Shown: in pieces, positions 52,592 to 64,000 of the stretch
How positions within the stretch are numbered: position 1 is the first letter of the stretch
How the letters are laid out: every line of letters begins with the position of its first letter
NCBI GenBank assembly: GCA_964247055.1
Contig: OZ176050.1
Span: 12,772,001 to 12,836,000, forward strand
DNA length: 64,000 nucleotides
Source: Paragordius varius
Lineage: Eukaryota > Animalia > Nematomorpha
Direction: 5' to 3'
Notes under the pieces: model-generated
Seen by the model: the letters and a program-made list of their open reading frames with translations, nothing else
Told to the model about the DNA's origin: nothing
Database searches by the model: none
Translations under genes and position numbers: made by a program

Positions 52592-55500
52592 ATGTTTTGG
52601 CAAATAAACTTTCCTTCTTCTGAATCAAATTTGTTAAATTTGTTAGATAATGAGGTTTTGTTTGAACTAAATGTATAGGATACCAAGTTAGAAGAAATTT
52701 TGAACGAAGATGATATTATTCAGGAGTGTAAAGCACAAAATAGCAGATTAATTAAATAGTTGATTATATATATAAAGTTTAGTTTGCAAAAACCTGAAAT
52801 TTTGGAGGAGTTATTAAGTCTCATAATAAATTGTCCAGCTCAAACTCAGTCGGAGCCAGATACGTTTAGTAACAGTACCTCCATAATTACTCAACCATTA
52901 GAGTAATTTATAATTTTAATTAATTTTAGTAAAGCCAAAATTGCAAGTGAAATTCTTATATCTGATAATACCTCTATATATCTTGGACTTATAAACAATG
53001 AAAATCTTATAAAATCAATTTTATCATATTATACGGATGCTCAATGCAGAAAACCCAATCAAAATATTTTGGAAATGTTAGGGAAAATACTCATACATTT
53101 GGTTACTCAATCACCTCAGAAAGTAAGGATATATTTAATAAAAATATTATGTTTTTATATATGAGATTAATTTTCTAAAAAATGCATTAATCTAATTTTT
53201 TTTGCGCATATTGAAATTGGAATCAATCATTAAAAACTTGTGTTTAATTACGTCGAACATATTTTTAAAATATCAAAAATTGAAATAAATCATGTTGGCT
53301 AAACTTAAAGGCGTTAAAAAATTTATTGCTATAGTACATAATATATTTTTATTAAATTTTCTTTATATTGTTTTGTATACTTTTTTACAAAATGACATAG
53401 TTAATCATTATAATTTTATAAAAGTCAGTAATAAATTGTATCATTCCAAATTTTTCTATATTAAATTGGAAACCTATCCTATTTCTTATTTTTATTTATA
53501 TTTTTTCGATTTTATTTTTTAGTTTTATTTGAAAAATAGGAATATTTTTTCAATTTTATTTTGCACTCTATATGTGGCGTTCCATAAGATTACATTTTTT
53601 AGCTTTTTTTTTCAAAAAATCTAAATATTATCTGGCAAGATTTTTAATTATATATTTTTAAGTTTTATTCATAAATAAACCGAAATTATATCATATATTA
53701 TATAATTAATTAAATTCATTCTTTAAAAACATATTCCATAAAGATGAATCAATATCTGGATGCTCATACCCCTAATTTCCTTCAATTACTTAACGCTTTA
53801 CTCGAATATTCACCAATCATAGATTTGATTGTGCATTTGGCCTCGCAATTGGAAACACAAAGCGAATTAATTATGTATTCAAAGGTTAGCTTTTTTAAAA
53901 ATATTGATATATAAAATTACTTTAACGGTAAAATTTATTTTAACGGATTAAAATTTTATGATATTTTGTCAAAGTTTTCCTTATTTCTGATTTTAAATTA
54001 AAGTTTATTCGCACTGATTTTTATAAGAGAGATAACTTTGTTTTTTCTGAATTTTTTTAGTACTTTTTTTAAGTCGATAGATTGATTATATATATATATA
54101 TATATATATTAATATACAATGGCTAAAATTTTATTACTATATGTAATTTAATATATGTTTTGTACCATATCTAGTGGTTTGTTGATAAACGGTTTCTGCC
54201 AAATATACTCTTACATTTGGATCCAAGAAAGTATTCTGAAAATGTAATTTTAACGATTTTTATATTTTATTCAAAAATTTTGAATTTTGGTATTTTTTAT
54301 CAATAGTTTTATAGTAAAAACCAATGAATTTTACTTTCATATAATATTTTATGTTTGCGATTGAAATAAATAATTTAATTTACTTAATTGTGGTGTAAAA
54401 AAGTAATTAAGGGTAAATATTGTAAAGCTAAATTGTTTTGTCGTTTACCTTTTTAAAATTATTACTAATTTTATTACTTTTGAGCACAGTTTTTCATGGT
54501 CCAAATAAAAATGTTTTTATGTTACTAAAGGAAGATTGCATAACTTAAATACCAAATTTAATTAAAAATTAAGCCAAAATATATAAAATTGTATATGGTA
54601 AATTTTGTTAAATAGTATTCTTCTGAGTAATTAATACAAAGCAACTATTTATGTTAGTTTTTTGAAATTTATATATACCATTTACAATTCAACACCCTTG
54701 AACAATTCAAATTCACCCTCGAACAATTCAAATTCATCCTTAAATAAATATGTTTTTTAGGATTAAAAAATACCTATATTAATATATATTTTTGAAAAAT
54801 TTTGTTTTAAATTAAAATAATAATGAAAAAATAATAAACTTTGCCATAAAGATATATTTTATATTAATAATGAGTTATATTAGTTCGAAAACACATAATT
54901 TATTTTTAGGGTGGATTTGAATTGTTAAAGGTGAAATTTGAATTGTTCCAGGGTGAATTTGAATCGTTTAACGGTGAATTTGAACTGTAAATGGTATTTA
55001 ATTATAATTATAAAACGATATATTTTTTATATCATCAATAAGGTTCATGAAAATATTCAATTTATTTTGGCGGAAATATTTTCCAATTCTACGGAATTCA
55101 CATGCCTTCAACCACATCAATACCCCAAAGAACCGATTCCATTAGTCCGTCAAATTTTATCGTAATAATTTACCATTTCTATTTTTTCGCATAAACAATA
55201 GTCTTTATATGCCTATAAATTGAGTTGGTAAAATCAGTTAGTTTTGAATTTGCGCATTTAAGCCAAAATTTTATAATGAATACAGTTGGTTGTGGCTTGA
55301 AAGCTATAAGTTTTTTTGATTTTGAAAAAAAATGGTAAAAAGATGTATTCATTTAACTACGTCATGATTAATTATTTATATAAAATACAATATAATAATT
55401 TATAACATATAACTCCGCCTTTTTCTTATTTATAGATTATTATATTATAAAGTTTTTTTACCAAATTTAAGAGAATAATTTAAAACCTAATATTTCTAGA

Positions 55501-58500
55501 TTTACTTTGCAAATTTTAGTCATTATTTCTTCAAAATTTAGGGTTAATACATTTAACCATTTATTTCATTGGATATTCCTGCCATTTCTCCAAAACAATA
55601 ATATTGAAAAAACTGAAATAACTTCGATAAATGCCTCACAAGAAATATCATCGATTGCAAATACGCTCAAAATATTGATTGCTCTGTTAGAGTATTTATC
55701 ACAAAATCAACCTACTCCCCTCTTGTTAGACGCCATTATGCCATATAATTGTCAAAATAAATCAGAATTATCATTCACTCCGTCGCATAATATAACAAAT
55801 CTTAGTGGCATCAGTATTTCTAAGGACTCACCACCAAGTTTGCAAGAAATGTTGAATGAAGATTTTTCGCTTATAAAGCCTTCAAATTTAAAAAATTGTG
55901 AAGTTAATCTAACCGTTGAAAAAACAGATAATCAGAAACTTACAGGGTCTGTCTTTTAATATTTTTAAATATATATTTTTGAATATTTTTTTAGTGGTTG
56001 GTTTTAGAGCGCATTTTAAATTCCCGCAAAATAGTTTTATGAATTATTATAAGGGTTATTAATTTGAGGATTTCGGTATTTTTTGAACATTTAATGAATA
56101 TAATGTTGATTTTTTATCTGTAGTGATAAACCACCACATAAAACTAATGAAAATATGTTAAGACCTGATCATGCAATGCCTAATAATACTGACAACGAAT
56201 CAGAAACTAGAGTTAGACTCGTTTCTAGTCTTTACGATACAATGGACGAAGATAATGAGAATATAATTGATCAAAGTATCGATACCATTGGTAATAATAC
56301 ATATCTTGAATCAAATATTTTGGGTAATCTAAATGTAAAGATTTTAATATATTTTACTGAAATGTTTAATTTATATTGTATATCTAACAATTATTTAGTT
56401 TGCGTCTTAAAACTCTTGTATATTTCGTTATTTATGAAAATAATCAGTTTTTAAATTTTTATTTAAACTTAACCCTTCATTGTTATTGTTAATTTTCAAA
56501 TAGATTTGTCTACACACTAAGGTTAACTTTATAAATGATATAACGGAATTACCTTATTATTGCTCTTGTTTAAGTGGCTAAATAGTTTAACATTAAATAC
56601 ATCCACATTTTTTAGATAAAAACGATACAGTTTTTACGGCTGATGACGAAAATATTGCAAAAACAGCAAAACATGCAAAGGACAAACCTAATGTGTCGTT
56701 TGATAATATACCTACCTCTACCTCTGAAACAGATGTATCTTTAGATGTCGAAAATATAAATAGCCATAATAATATTAATGATAATAATTCAACTTTTGAA
56801 CTCAATGACATGAGCTTGGTTAATTCATTAACACCTTCGCAGTTACCTGCCTACGCCTCTAATGAATCTTTAGAGGGTAAATGTTTATTAGATATTTGCA
56901 TTAAATAGCCACTCTTGAAATTGTTAAAATAATAGAAATATTTTTAAACTCAAAATTATAACTTTTGCGATTTTTTTAAAAAAATAGCAAACGTTAGCTA
57001 TATTTGGAAATATATGTTCATTAATCAATTTTCGGTAATCTTTTCCTTTTTTTCTTCCAATTTTACACAAAAAAACATTTAAATTTAACAATTATGTATT
57101 GCTATATGACTTATAATAAAATTTTTATTAGTTGTTTTAGCAAACCAAAAATAATTTTTTCAATCCTTTTTTTGTGGAATTTTTAAATAAAAAATACTTT
57201 TTTTAGTTACCAATGCAAATTACAACACATCATTTGAAATGCCTGAAGAGCTGAGGGATGGTTATTTTTTAGGGGCTGGTAATGAATCTCACAATACGCA
57301 AAGCGCAGAAAAAGATAATGACAGCAATGAATATAACACTATAAGATTTAATCACCCTTCCATCCTACAAACTGTACCATTCATTGCCCAGTATTTTGAT
57401 GTATGAAAATGATTTTTTTGTTTTTATATAAAATTTAAGGTAGTTAACATTGTATATAATTAAATAAAATGGTTATAATATTAGTATCAATAAATAACTT
57501 TTATATGAACAAAATAATAGCTCCACAAACTTTTAAGAGTGAATAAAATATGTAAGGACTTTTCTTAAGTTTAAATTTGATTAATGCGTTAAAAACTTTG
57601 ATTTTTATAAAAAAACACCTCAGGAAATATAAGTTTATTCTAAAAATAAACATTTGTTTCTAAAAATTATCCAATAATTTAAAATTATTTATGGTGTTAT
57701 GACAAGTTTTAAAGTTTAAGAATACACGTATGCTTCTTTATTATAATTATTACCCGTATTATTTAGCGTTTTCTCACAAAACCAAATTATAATTATATAC
57801 ATTATATTGCAATTATAATTCAGCTAAAATTATATAAATTTATTATGAATTTTCAATTACCACAAATAATCTTTGTCAAACGTAAAAAATAAAATTAAAA
57901 TATAAACTAAAATATGTATAAAGTAAAAATATTTAATGAGATTTGAAACTAAAAAAACAATTTTATGGTTTTATTTTTAAAAATTTTGTGGATAAATGAT
58001 TTATAATTTTCATATTTTTATACGGGTAGGATACGGAATATATGAAAACCGATATCTCAATCAATGATATGAATGCACACTCAAAACCTATATTTGGCCG
58101 AGTTCGATATCACTTACTTCAAGTCTGTCTCCAATATGTCCTATCCAACGATTGGGTTTTATTGGCTCATATGCATACCCATAATATTATACCTTTGCTT
58201 GTGGTAAATGCTTTTTCACGCATTCACATAAAATGTTTTTTATTTTTTCTTGAAATATTTTGTTAAGTGTAAAATCTCAATTTATGACTATATTATAGTT
58301 TTGGAAAATTTTGATATTGTTACCACTGAAAAAGATATTATTGTAATAAAAATAACAAATATTTTAGACAAAGCTGCTATATTAACATTTTTTTCGTGAC
58401 AAATAAGGGCTTTTATAATTCAATATCTATCATTAAAGATTATAAAGATTTTTTGGAGAATAAACGCTACATTAAAAATATATATATGTAAGGTATCAAT

Positions 58501-61500
58501 TTGGTCCCTTTTTATTTTTGATATTCATTTCAAGTCTTATTATTTTTGAACCGGTTCCACATTTTTTTTTAAAAAACGAACAAAATAGTTTTGGTGCCCA
58601 AGAATTTTTTTTCCAAAAAATATAAGTTTCTTGTTCCGATTTTGGCTTTCAAATTAAAAAAATAGTTTTTTTGGCTTTTATTCATGGTAAATAATCTAAC
58701 AACTAGAATACATTCAGTGAATTGTTTTTATCCATGATTTTTATACAATTTCAGTCATAATAAAACATATAAATTTAAAAAAACAGCCAGAAAACATTCT
58801 TTTCATGGTTCAAGAAGAAAATTTTAATTATAATAAATTGTTTATTTCTATTTTAGCACCAATTTTTCACATATCCCAATCATTCCCTACTACATGATGT
58901 CGTGTATGATATACTTACCGCTCTATTTGCCAATCTTGAAAAACCGTCCAATAATTATAACCGTTGGAATGAAATATGTGCCATTGATGGTAAAATTGAA
59001 AATAATGCAACTGTTAACACATCATCCAAATGCCATAGTAATAATAATAATAATTATTCAAATTCCTTAACAGAACACGATAGTTTATACGATGATTATC
59101 CTGAACTGTCTTGTAGTCCTCCACGTAAACCTAAAAGTATTTTTTTTTGGTTTAAAATAAAAAGTTTTTATTAATACGAATTGTTAGTGCTTCTTGGTAA
59201 AGAGGTTTGCTTATATTGTAACTTTAGGCGATATTTATTATGCATTATGCAAGAAACATTGAATTTGGGTAGACTATTTTGTTTTTGTCCGAGTTTTATT
59301 AAAAGGTCTTAATTATCATTTTTACAAATTTTTACAAATATATAGTCGTTATATGGCTTAAAAATATTTTACTGTGAGGAATTCAACTTATATAAAAATT
59401 TTAAAGACAACCAATATAAAATTTTAAAATAATCTTTCTTATTGTTTTTAGCAGGCAATGGCACTACATTAAATTTCAATCAATTCAAAGGCCTACACCG
59501 AACTATGCAACAAAAACGAAACCCAAATTTACCTCAATCATCATCGCCTATGGCTAATTGCTCTTCACTCAACATTAATCGTACTATAGACGTTTATGAG
59601 GGCTTGGGACCTATTACAACCCCATTTGTTTTAAGTATGAAATATATATTTATTTTGATGTAGTCTTTTTAAGAAAATGAAAAAAATGAATTTTTCCGGG
59701 GGTGACCTACACTTGGCACAAAAAAGTTTTTGCAAAAATGATTAATTTTTTATATTTAGGAGTTTTTATCATGTGCGCACTTTAGGATTTTGACTATTGA
59801 CCATATTTATAAATTTTAATTTTTATATGATTTATATATTTTTGTTTATTGCATTTTTTTTATATTATCATATTTATTATATTGCTTTTTTACATATCGC
59901 ACGATTTTAATAAGTATTATATATTTATGCCGTTTTCTAATATTTATCCTTATTGGATGAAATTAATTAATTATACATTATTTAGTTTAATATAACCATA
60001 TTTTACTCCATTTTATCATAAACCTATATATTTAGAAATGTCTTAAATCCCTATTTTTCAATATTTTACTTTATAACATATTATTTTTTGCAGATCACCC
60101 TTCATCTCTACAAATAAGCGTTACTCAAACCCTAAATCCTAATTATGCCATCCTATCAGACCTTTTGGTCTCTAAACTCATTCCCCTTATTATGATGGGT
60201 TGGAAGGCTGGAAATCAAGCCAAATTTATCCATAGTTCACAAACGCTAAAATCGCCTACAACGTTTCATACTTCAACCAAAAATGTAGAATTACTTAATA
60301 ATTCTACTGACCCTAATGCAAATCTTCTGCCCCAAAATATTGATGGTGATACCAGCAAAATACTACTTGACAAAAAGGCCACACAAAATCAAACTGAAGT
60401 ATCTTACATGGGTCATTTACATCTCATAAGTCAAATGATTGAAATACATAATGAACGCTTACCCACAAACTACAAGTTTTATGACAAAAATGTTGTATTA
60501 AACAACGTAGTCAATACTAATAATAAAATTAACGATATCAGCCGAAATTCTGAATCGAATGTAACACTGTGCGAATCTCCGAAAAATTCTGACATGGAGA
60601 ATGAAAATGCTCACCAGGAAAGGTCAATGAATGACTCAGAAATAAGCCAACATTCTATTATTGACCACACTGAAATTGAAGGTATATAGTGTTGTCTATA
60701 ATTTTGTGGTGTATTGCTTTATTAAAAATTATGATCAACCAACTCTTTTTTTGTATATATAAATCTAATTTATTTTATTGTTTATAAAGCGTTTTGAAAT
60801 ACTAGTTTAACGTTTTTTAGTCTAGGAAAAAATATTTATAAATCAAATTTCCAATCTAATCTATGTTTATATATATATATATGTGTGCTTTTTATATTAG
60901 GTATTTATATTTATTTCTTTTTGCTCGTTAATCTTTTAAGGTCTACAATTCTTATGTCTATATTTTTGCCGTTTTTCTAACATATTATATATAAATCTAA
61001 ATCATTTCATTTCGCTTTACTTTAAATTTTATCATTCCCCCTACTATATTACCAGATGATGACGTGAATGATATAAATTTGTCATACACTCAAACTATGG
61101 TAGAATGGTCAGCATTCTTAACCGGTCCCATTGAAACTGAAACTGTCCGACAAGCTAAAACTGTTCCATATCGAAGAACTAGTTTATTACTCGCAAACAA
61201 TACGTCAGGCTTGAATTTGGCTGCTTTAGGTTTTGGAAGTCCTAATAGCAATAATAAAAATCAAGCTTTTAATTTGTTTGATACAACCAACGATTTCCTT
61301 GACGAAGATGATGAAAATGAAAATGGACTCAATACTGATAATAATTATGGAGTGTTAGAAGATATGCATGCTGGTTTTACAGTAAGATTTTTAGGATTTT
61401 TTTTAACTTTTTAAAAAATTAACTTGGATACTGAGTGGAATTTGAAAATTTAAATTTAATAGTAAGTTTTTGAATAATTTAAATTTAGTTTAAATTTGTA

Positions 61501-62152
61501 AAATTTACATTGTGAATATTTTAATTTTAAAATGATTAAAGTTTGAAATTAAACTAATAAGAAAAAAAATAATATACATGTCAATGGATAATATAATTTA
61601 AAGAAAAAGTAGTTAGATGTTATATTAAATCATGTTATTCATTTTCATGTCTGGAGTAACATAATAAAGCGTGAAATAAATTTGATGGCGTTGAGCCATA
61701 AACTATGAGTTTTTACCAAATTTTTAACCACATTAGTGCTTTTTATTGTAAAGAAATCATAAAACATTTCTATTTTACACATTTTACTTTTTAAATTTCA
61801 CATTTTTGCAACGCAGAAAACACCCTCTTCACCTGCACGAGGGGCTATCCCTATTCCCGGGAGATCTGGAAATTCAATGGTAGAAGTTGTACAGAAACGT
61901 GAAATTGTCTTGACTGATGATTTTATAAATAATATGGATGGATTTCACGATTTAATGATAAACGATAATAATTACAATGATCATAACACCAATATTGATG
62001 GTGACCAGGTACCCCGAAAAAAAATAATTTTTTTAATAATATTATATGGTGAGAGTTAGAAATTGCTTCATCGACTGTTTTTATGCAAAATTTGGCTTTA
62101 AATTTTAGAATGTTTTAATATTTTTCACTATATAATGCTTTCTAAATTAATA

Positions 62153-62190
<38 letters not shown>

Positions 62191-63915
62191 TTTATATAAT
62201 AAAATTCAAATTTATTTTATCTTATTTGGCTCAATTTATTAATTAAGAAGTTTTATTATACTTTTACCATTTAAATAATATCCTTATCATATTTCTAGTT
62301 CTTCAAAGCACCTTCACATTTGCTCAATCAAGGTTATGTTGACGCAAATCATTCCCAAGGTTAGCATTTTAACCATTTTTTCAAGAAATTTAATCAATAG
62401 AAATTTGATGATTTTCAATTTATTTAACTTCTTGGTAGAATTTTGCACCAACTATTTAGTTCAATTATATACAGTCCCTTATTCCCAAAATGAGATTATG
62501 CAATACATAAATTATTTATTTATTAATTTTTTATATTAATGTATTATAATATTCTTTATATATTTAAATTTCTTTTCATTAATAATGTTGGAGTATTTTC
62601 TTTTATACCCTAAAATAAACAAATATCTAACTAACCTATCATCTAAAAATTTGAAAAAGTCTACAATGAATGATTTAAAACTTTTTATATGAGCGGGATA
62701 GGAGGTTTACCATATAATATACGAATTACAGTTTCAACTCACCCTAAAAATAAATTATGTGTTTTTGAGCTAATATAACTTACTAATAATATTAAATCTA
62801 TCTTTATTATATAGTTATCATTTTTTCAGTATTATTTTAATTTAAAACAAAATTTTATTGTTTAAAATATATAAAAATATAGGGAATTTTTAATCTTAAA
62901 AAACATATATTACATTTGAGGGTGAATTTGAATTGTTCAAGGGTGAAAATGAATTGTAAATGGTATATATATTTCATATCATACCACATATAGTAAAAAC
63001 TGATTTTGAAAATGTTAACGACGAAAATGCTCAAATGCAGTTTGATGCCTTCGATGAGCTGTGTCAAGAAAGGTCTCTTGCATTTTCTGAAAAGACAAAT
63101 TCTAGCAATGGCCCAGACTCCAGAAATAATTCAACTTTTAGTAGCGCTGAAGGAAATGGGTAAAATTTTATTTTAACTGAAATTTGAATTTTATCCAATT
63201 TGAGGACAAAAACATATAATAATGAGTGGTGGGATTGTAAAATAAGTTTATCTATATATATATTTTTGGATTGTTTTAAAATATTTAAGAATATACTATT
63301 AACAGTTTAAATCACCCCTGAAAAATTCAAAGTTACCCTCGAACAATTTTAATTTATAAATTAGGTGTTATTTAAGAATTAAAACCTTTATTTTATAATA
63401 TTTTTAAAATATGAAAATCTGTTTAAAATTAATATAATGCTGAAAAAATAATAAATGTCGTAAAAATATATTTCATATTAATGATGAGTAATACTATCCC
63501 GAAAACACATAATTTATTTTTAGGGTCAATTTGAAATGTAAATGGTATATTTAAAATGACAATTAAAAACTACTGAATAAATAACACGGAAAACGTTATG
63601 GTAAGCTTAAAATATATAAAAGATAGTCATTAGTATAATTCAAAAAAACTCTGTTTATTTTTTCATAAATTGACAATTTTTTGCGACTTTTTATCACATT
63701 TTTTAGATTTAAGATATGAATATGATTTGAGAGACCCTAAGAATTAATCAGTTGGTATTATAAGGCCTTTTTTATATAGAAAAGTATATTTTCTGATTAT
63801 TTAAACTTTAAACCTCTTTTTATAGTTCGACCGAAAATACGCCACAAAAGATGTATTCACATTCTGCATTTAGCCCTTCTTTTGAGGATTTTACCCATGA
63901 TGAAAACATTAACCA
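52592..63915 (+). CDS. PPP6R3: Serine/threonine-protein phosphatase 6 regulatory subunit (SAPS domain, PPP6R3-like); 3' end lies beyond the window
   Basis: Exons 52592-52654, 52679-52758, 52783-52902, 52930-53122, 53744-53884, then ~15 more up to ~63826-63915. Motifs MFW, EDDIIQECKAQNSRLI, IASEIL, FGRVRYHLL, FFTYPNHSLLH, YMGHL and WSAFL match the SAPS family. Confidence 0.92.
52655..52678 (+). other. 24-nt GT-AG micro-intron (PPP6R3 intron 1)
   Basis: GTTTTGTTTGAACTAAATGTATAG. Removing it gives LLDNE|DTKLEEIL; retaining it gives an in-frame TAG. Confidence 0.9.
52759..52782 (+). other. 24-nt GT-AG micro-intron (PPP6R3 intron 2)
   Basis: GTTGATTATATATATAAAGTTTAG. Removing it gives SRLIKY|LQKPE; retaining it gives TAG. 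Confidence 0.9.
52903..52929 (+). other. 27-nt GT-AG micro-intron (PPP6R3 intron 3)
   Basis: GTAATTTATAATTTTAATTAATTTTAG. Removing it gives QPLD|KAKIASEIL; retaining it gives TAA. Confidence 0.88.
54676..54996. mobile_element. Foldback MITE family A copy
   Basis: TACCATTTACAATTC..ACCCTTGAACAATTCAAATTCACC ... GTGAATTTGAACTGTAAATGGTA. Confidence 0.85.
62718..62966. mobile_element. Foldback MITE family A copy
   Basis: Right end GGGTGAAAATGAATTGTAAATGGTATA; the internal body is shared with other copies. Confidence 0.75.
63298..63549. mobile_element. Foldback MITE family A copy
   Basis: ACAGTTTAAATCACCCCTGAAAAATTC ... GAAATGTAAATGGTATA. Confidence 0.75.
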
Positions 63916-64000
63916 GTACAGATTATGTTTAAAAATGTTAAATAATATCTATATTATATTCAATTTTTCTCAGCAGTCTATAATAATTTATATATTCAAC

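Noticed and set aside
52655-52929. In-frame TAG/TAA in PPP6R3 as stop-codon reassignment or readthrough
   Set aside because: Each stop lies in a GT-AG segment absent from orthologues. Equivalent non-3n segments in PGS1 and angel shift the frame, and TAA is used as the normal terminator in these genes.

Overview
Very AT-rich (roughly three-quarters A+T by eye) intron-containing genomic DNA from an invertebrate animal. A nematomorph or another ecdysozoan-type worm is my best guess, but the taxon cannot be proven from the sequence. I reconstructed seven spliced protein-coding genes by hand: the 3' end of a neuroglian/L1CAM gene (+), a 171-aa orphan gene (-), mitochondrial PGS1 (+), a prohormone-3/ITG-like secreted protein (+), a TAX-2/CNGB-type cyclic-nucleotide-gated channel (-), an Angel-family EEP phosphatase (-) and PPP6R3/SAPS (+, runs off the window). 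Introns and intergenic DNA are filled with non-autonomous transposons: Tc1-like, hAT-like and piggyBac-like MITEs, a foldback MITE with at least 11 copies, a complete 2-kb Helitron carrying an ABAB tandem array, and tRNA-derived SINE-like relics. I found no autonomous transposase. The most striking signal is a two-class intron architecture. The first 2-3 introns of the housekeeping genes are GT-AG micro-introns of only 22-31 nt, seven of them strongly supported by restored protein homology. The downstream introns I mapped are about 70 nt to more than 2 kb, and many contain TEs. Exon coordinates were derived manually and some may be off by a few bases.
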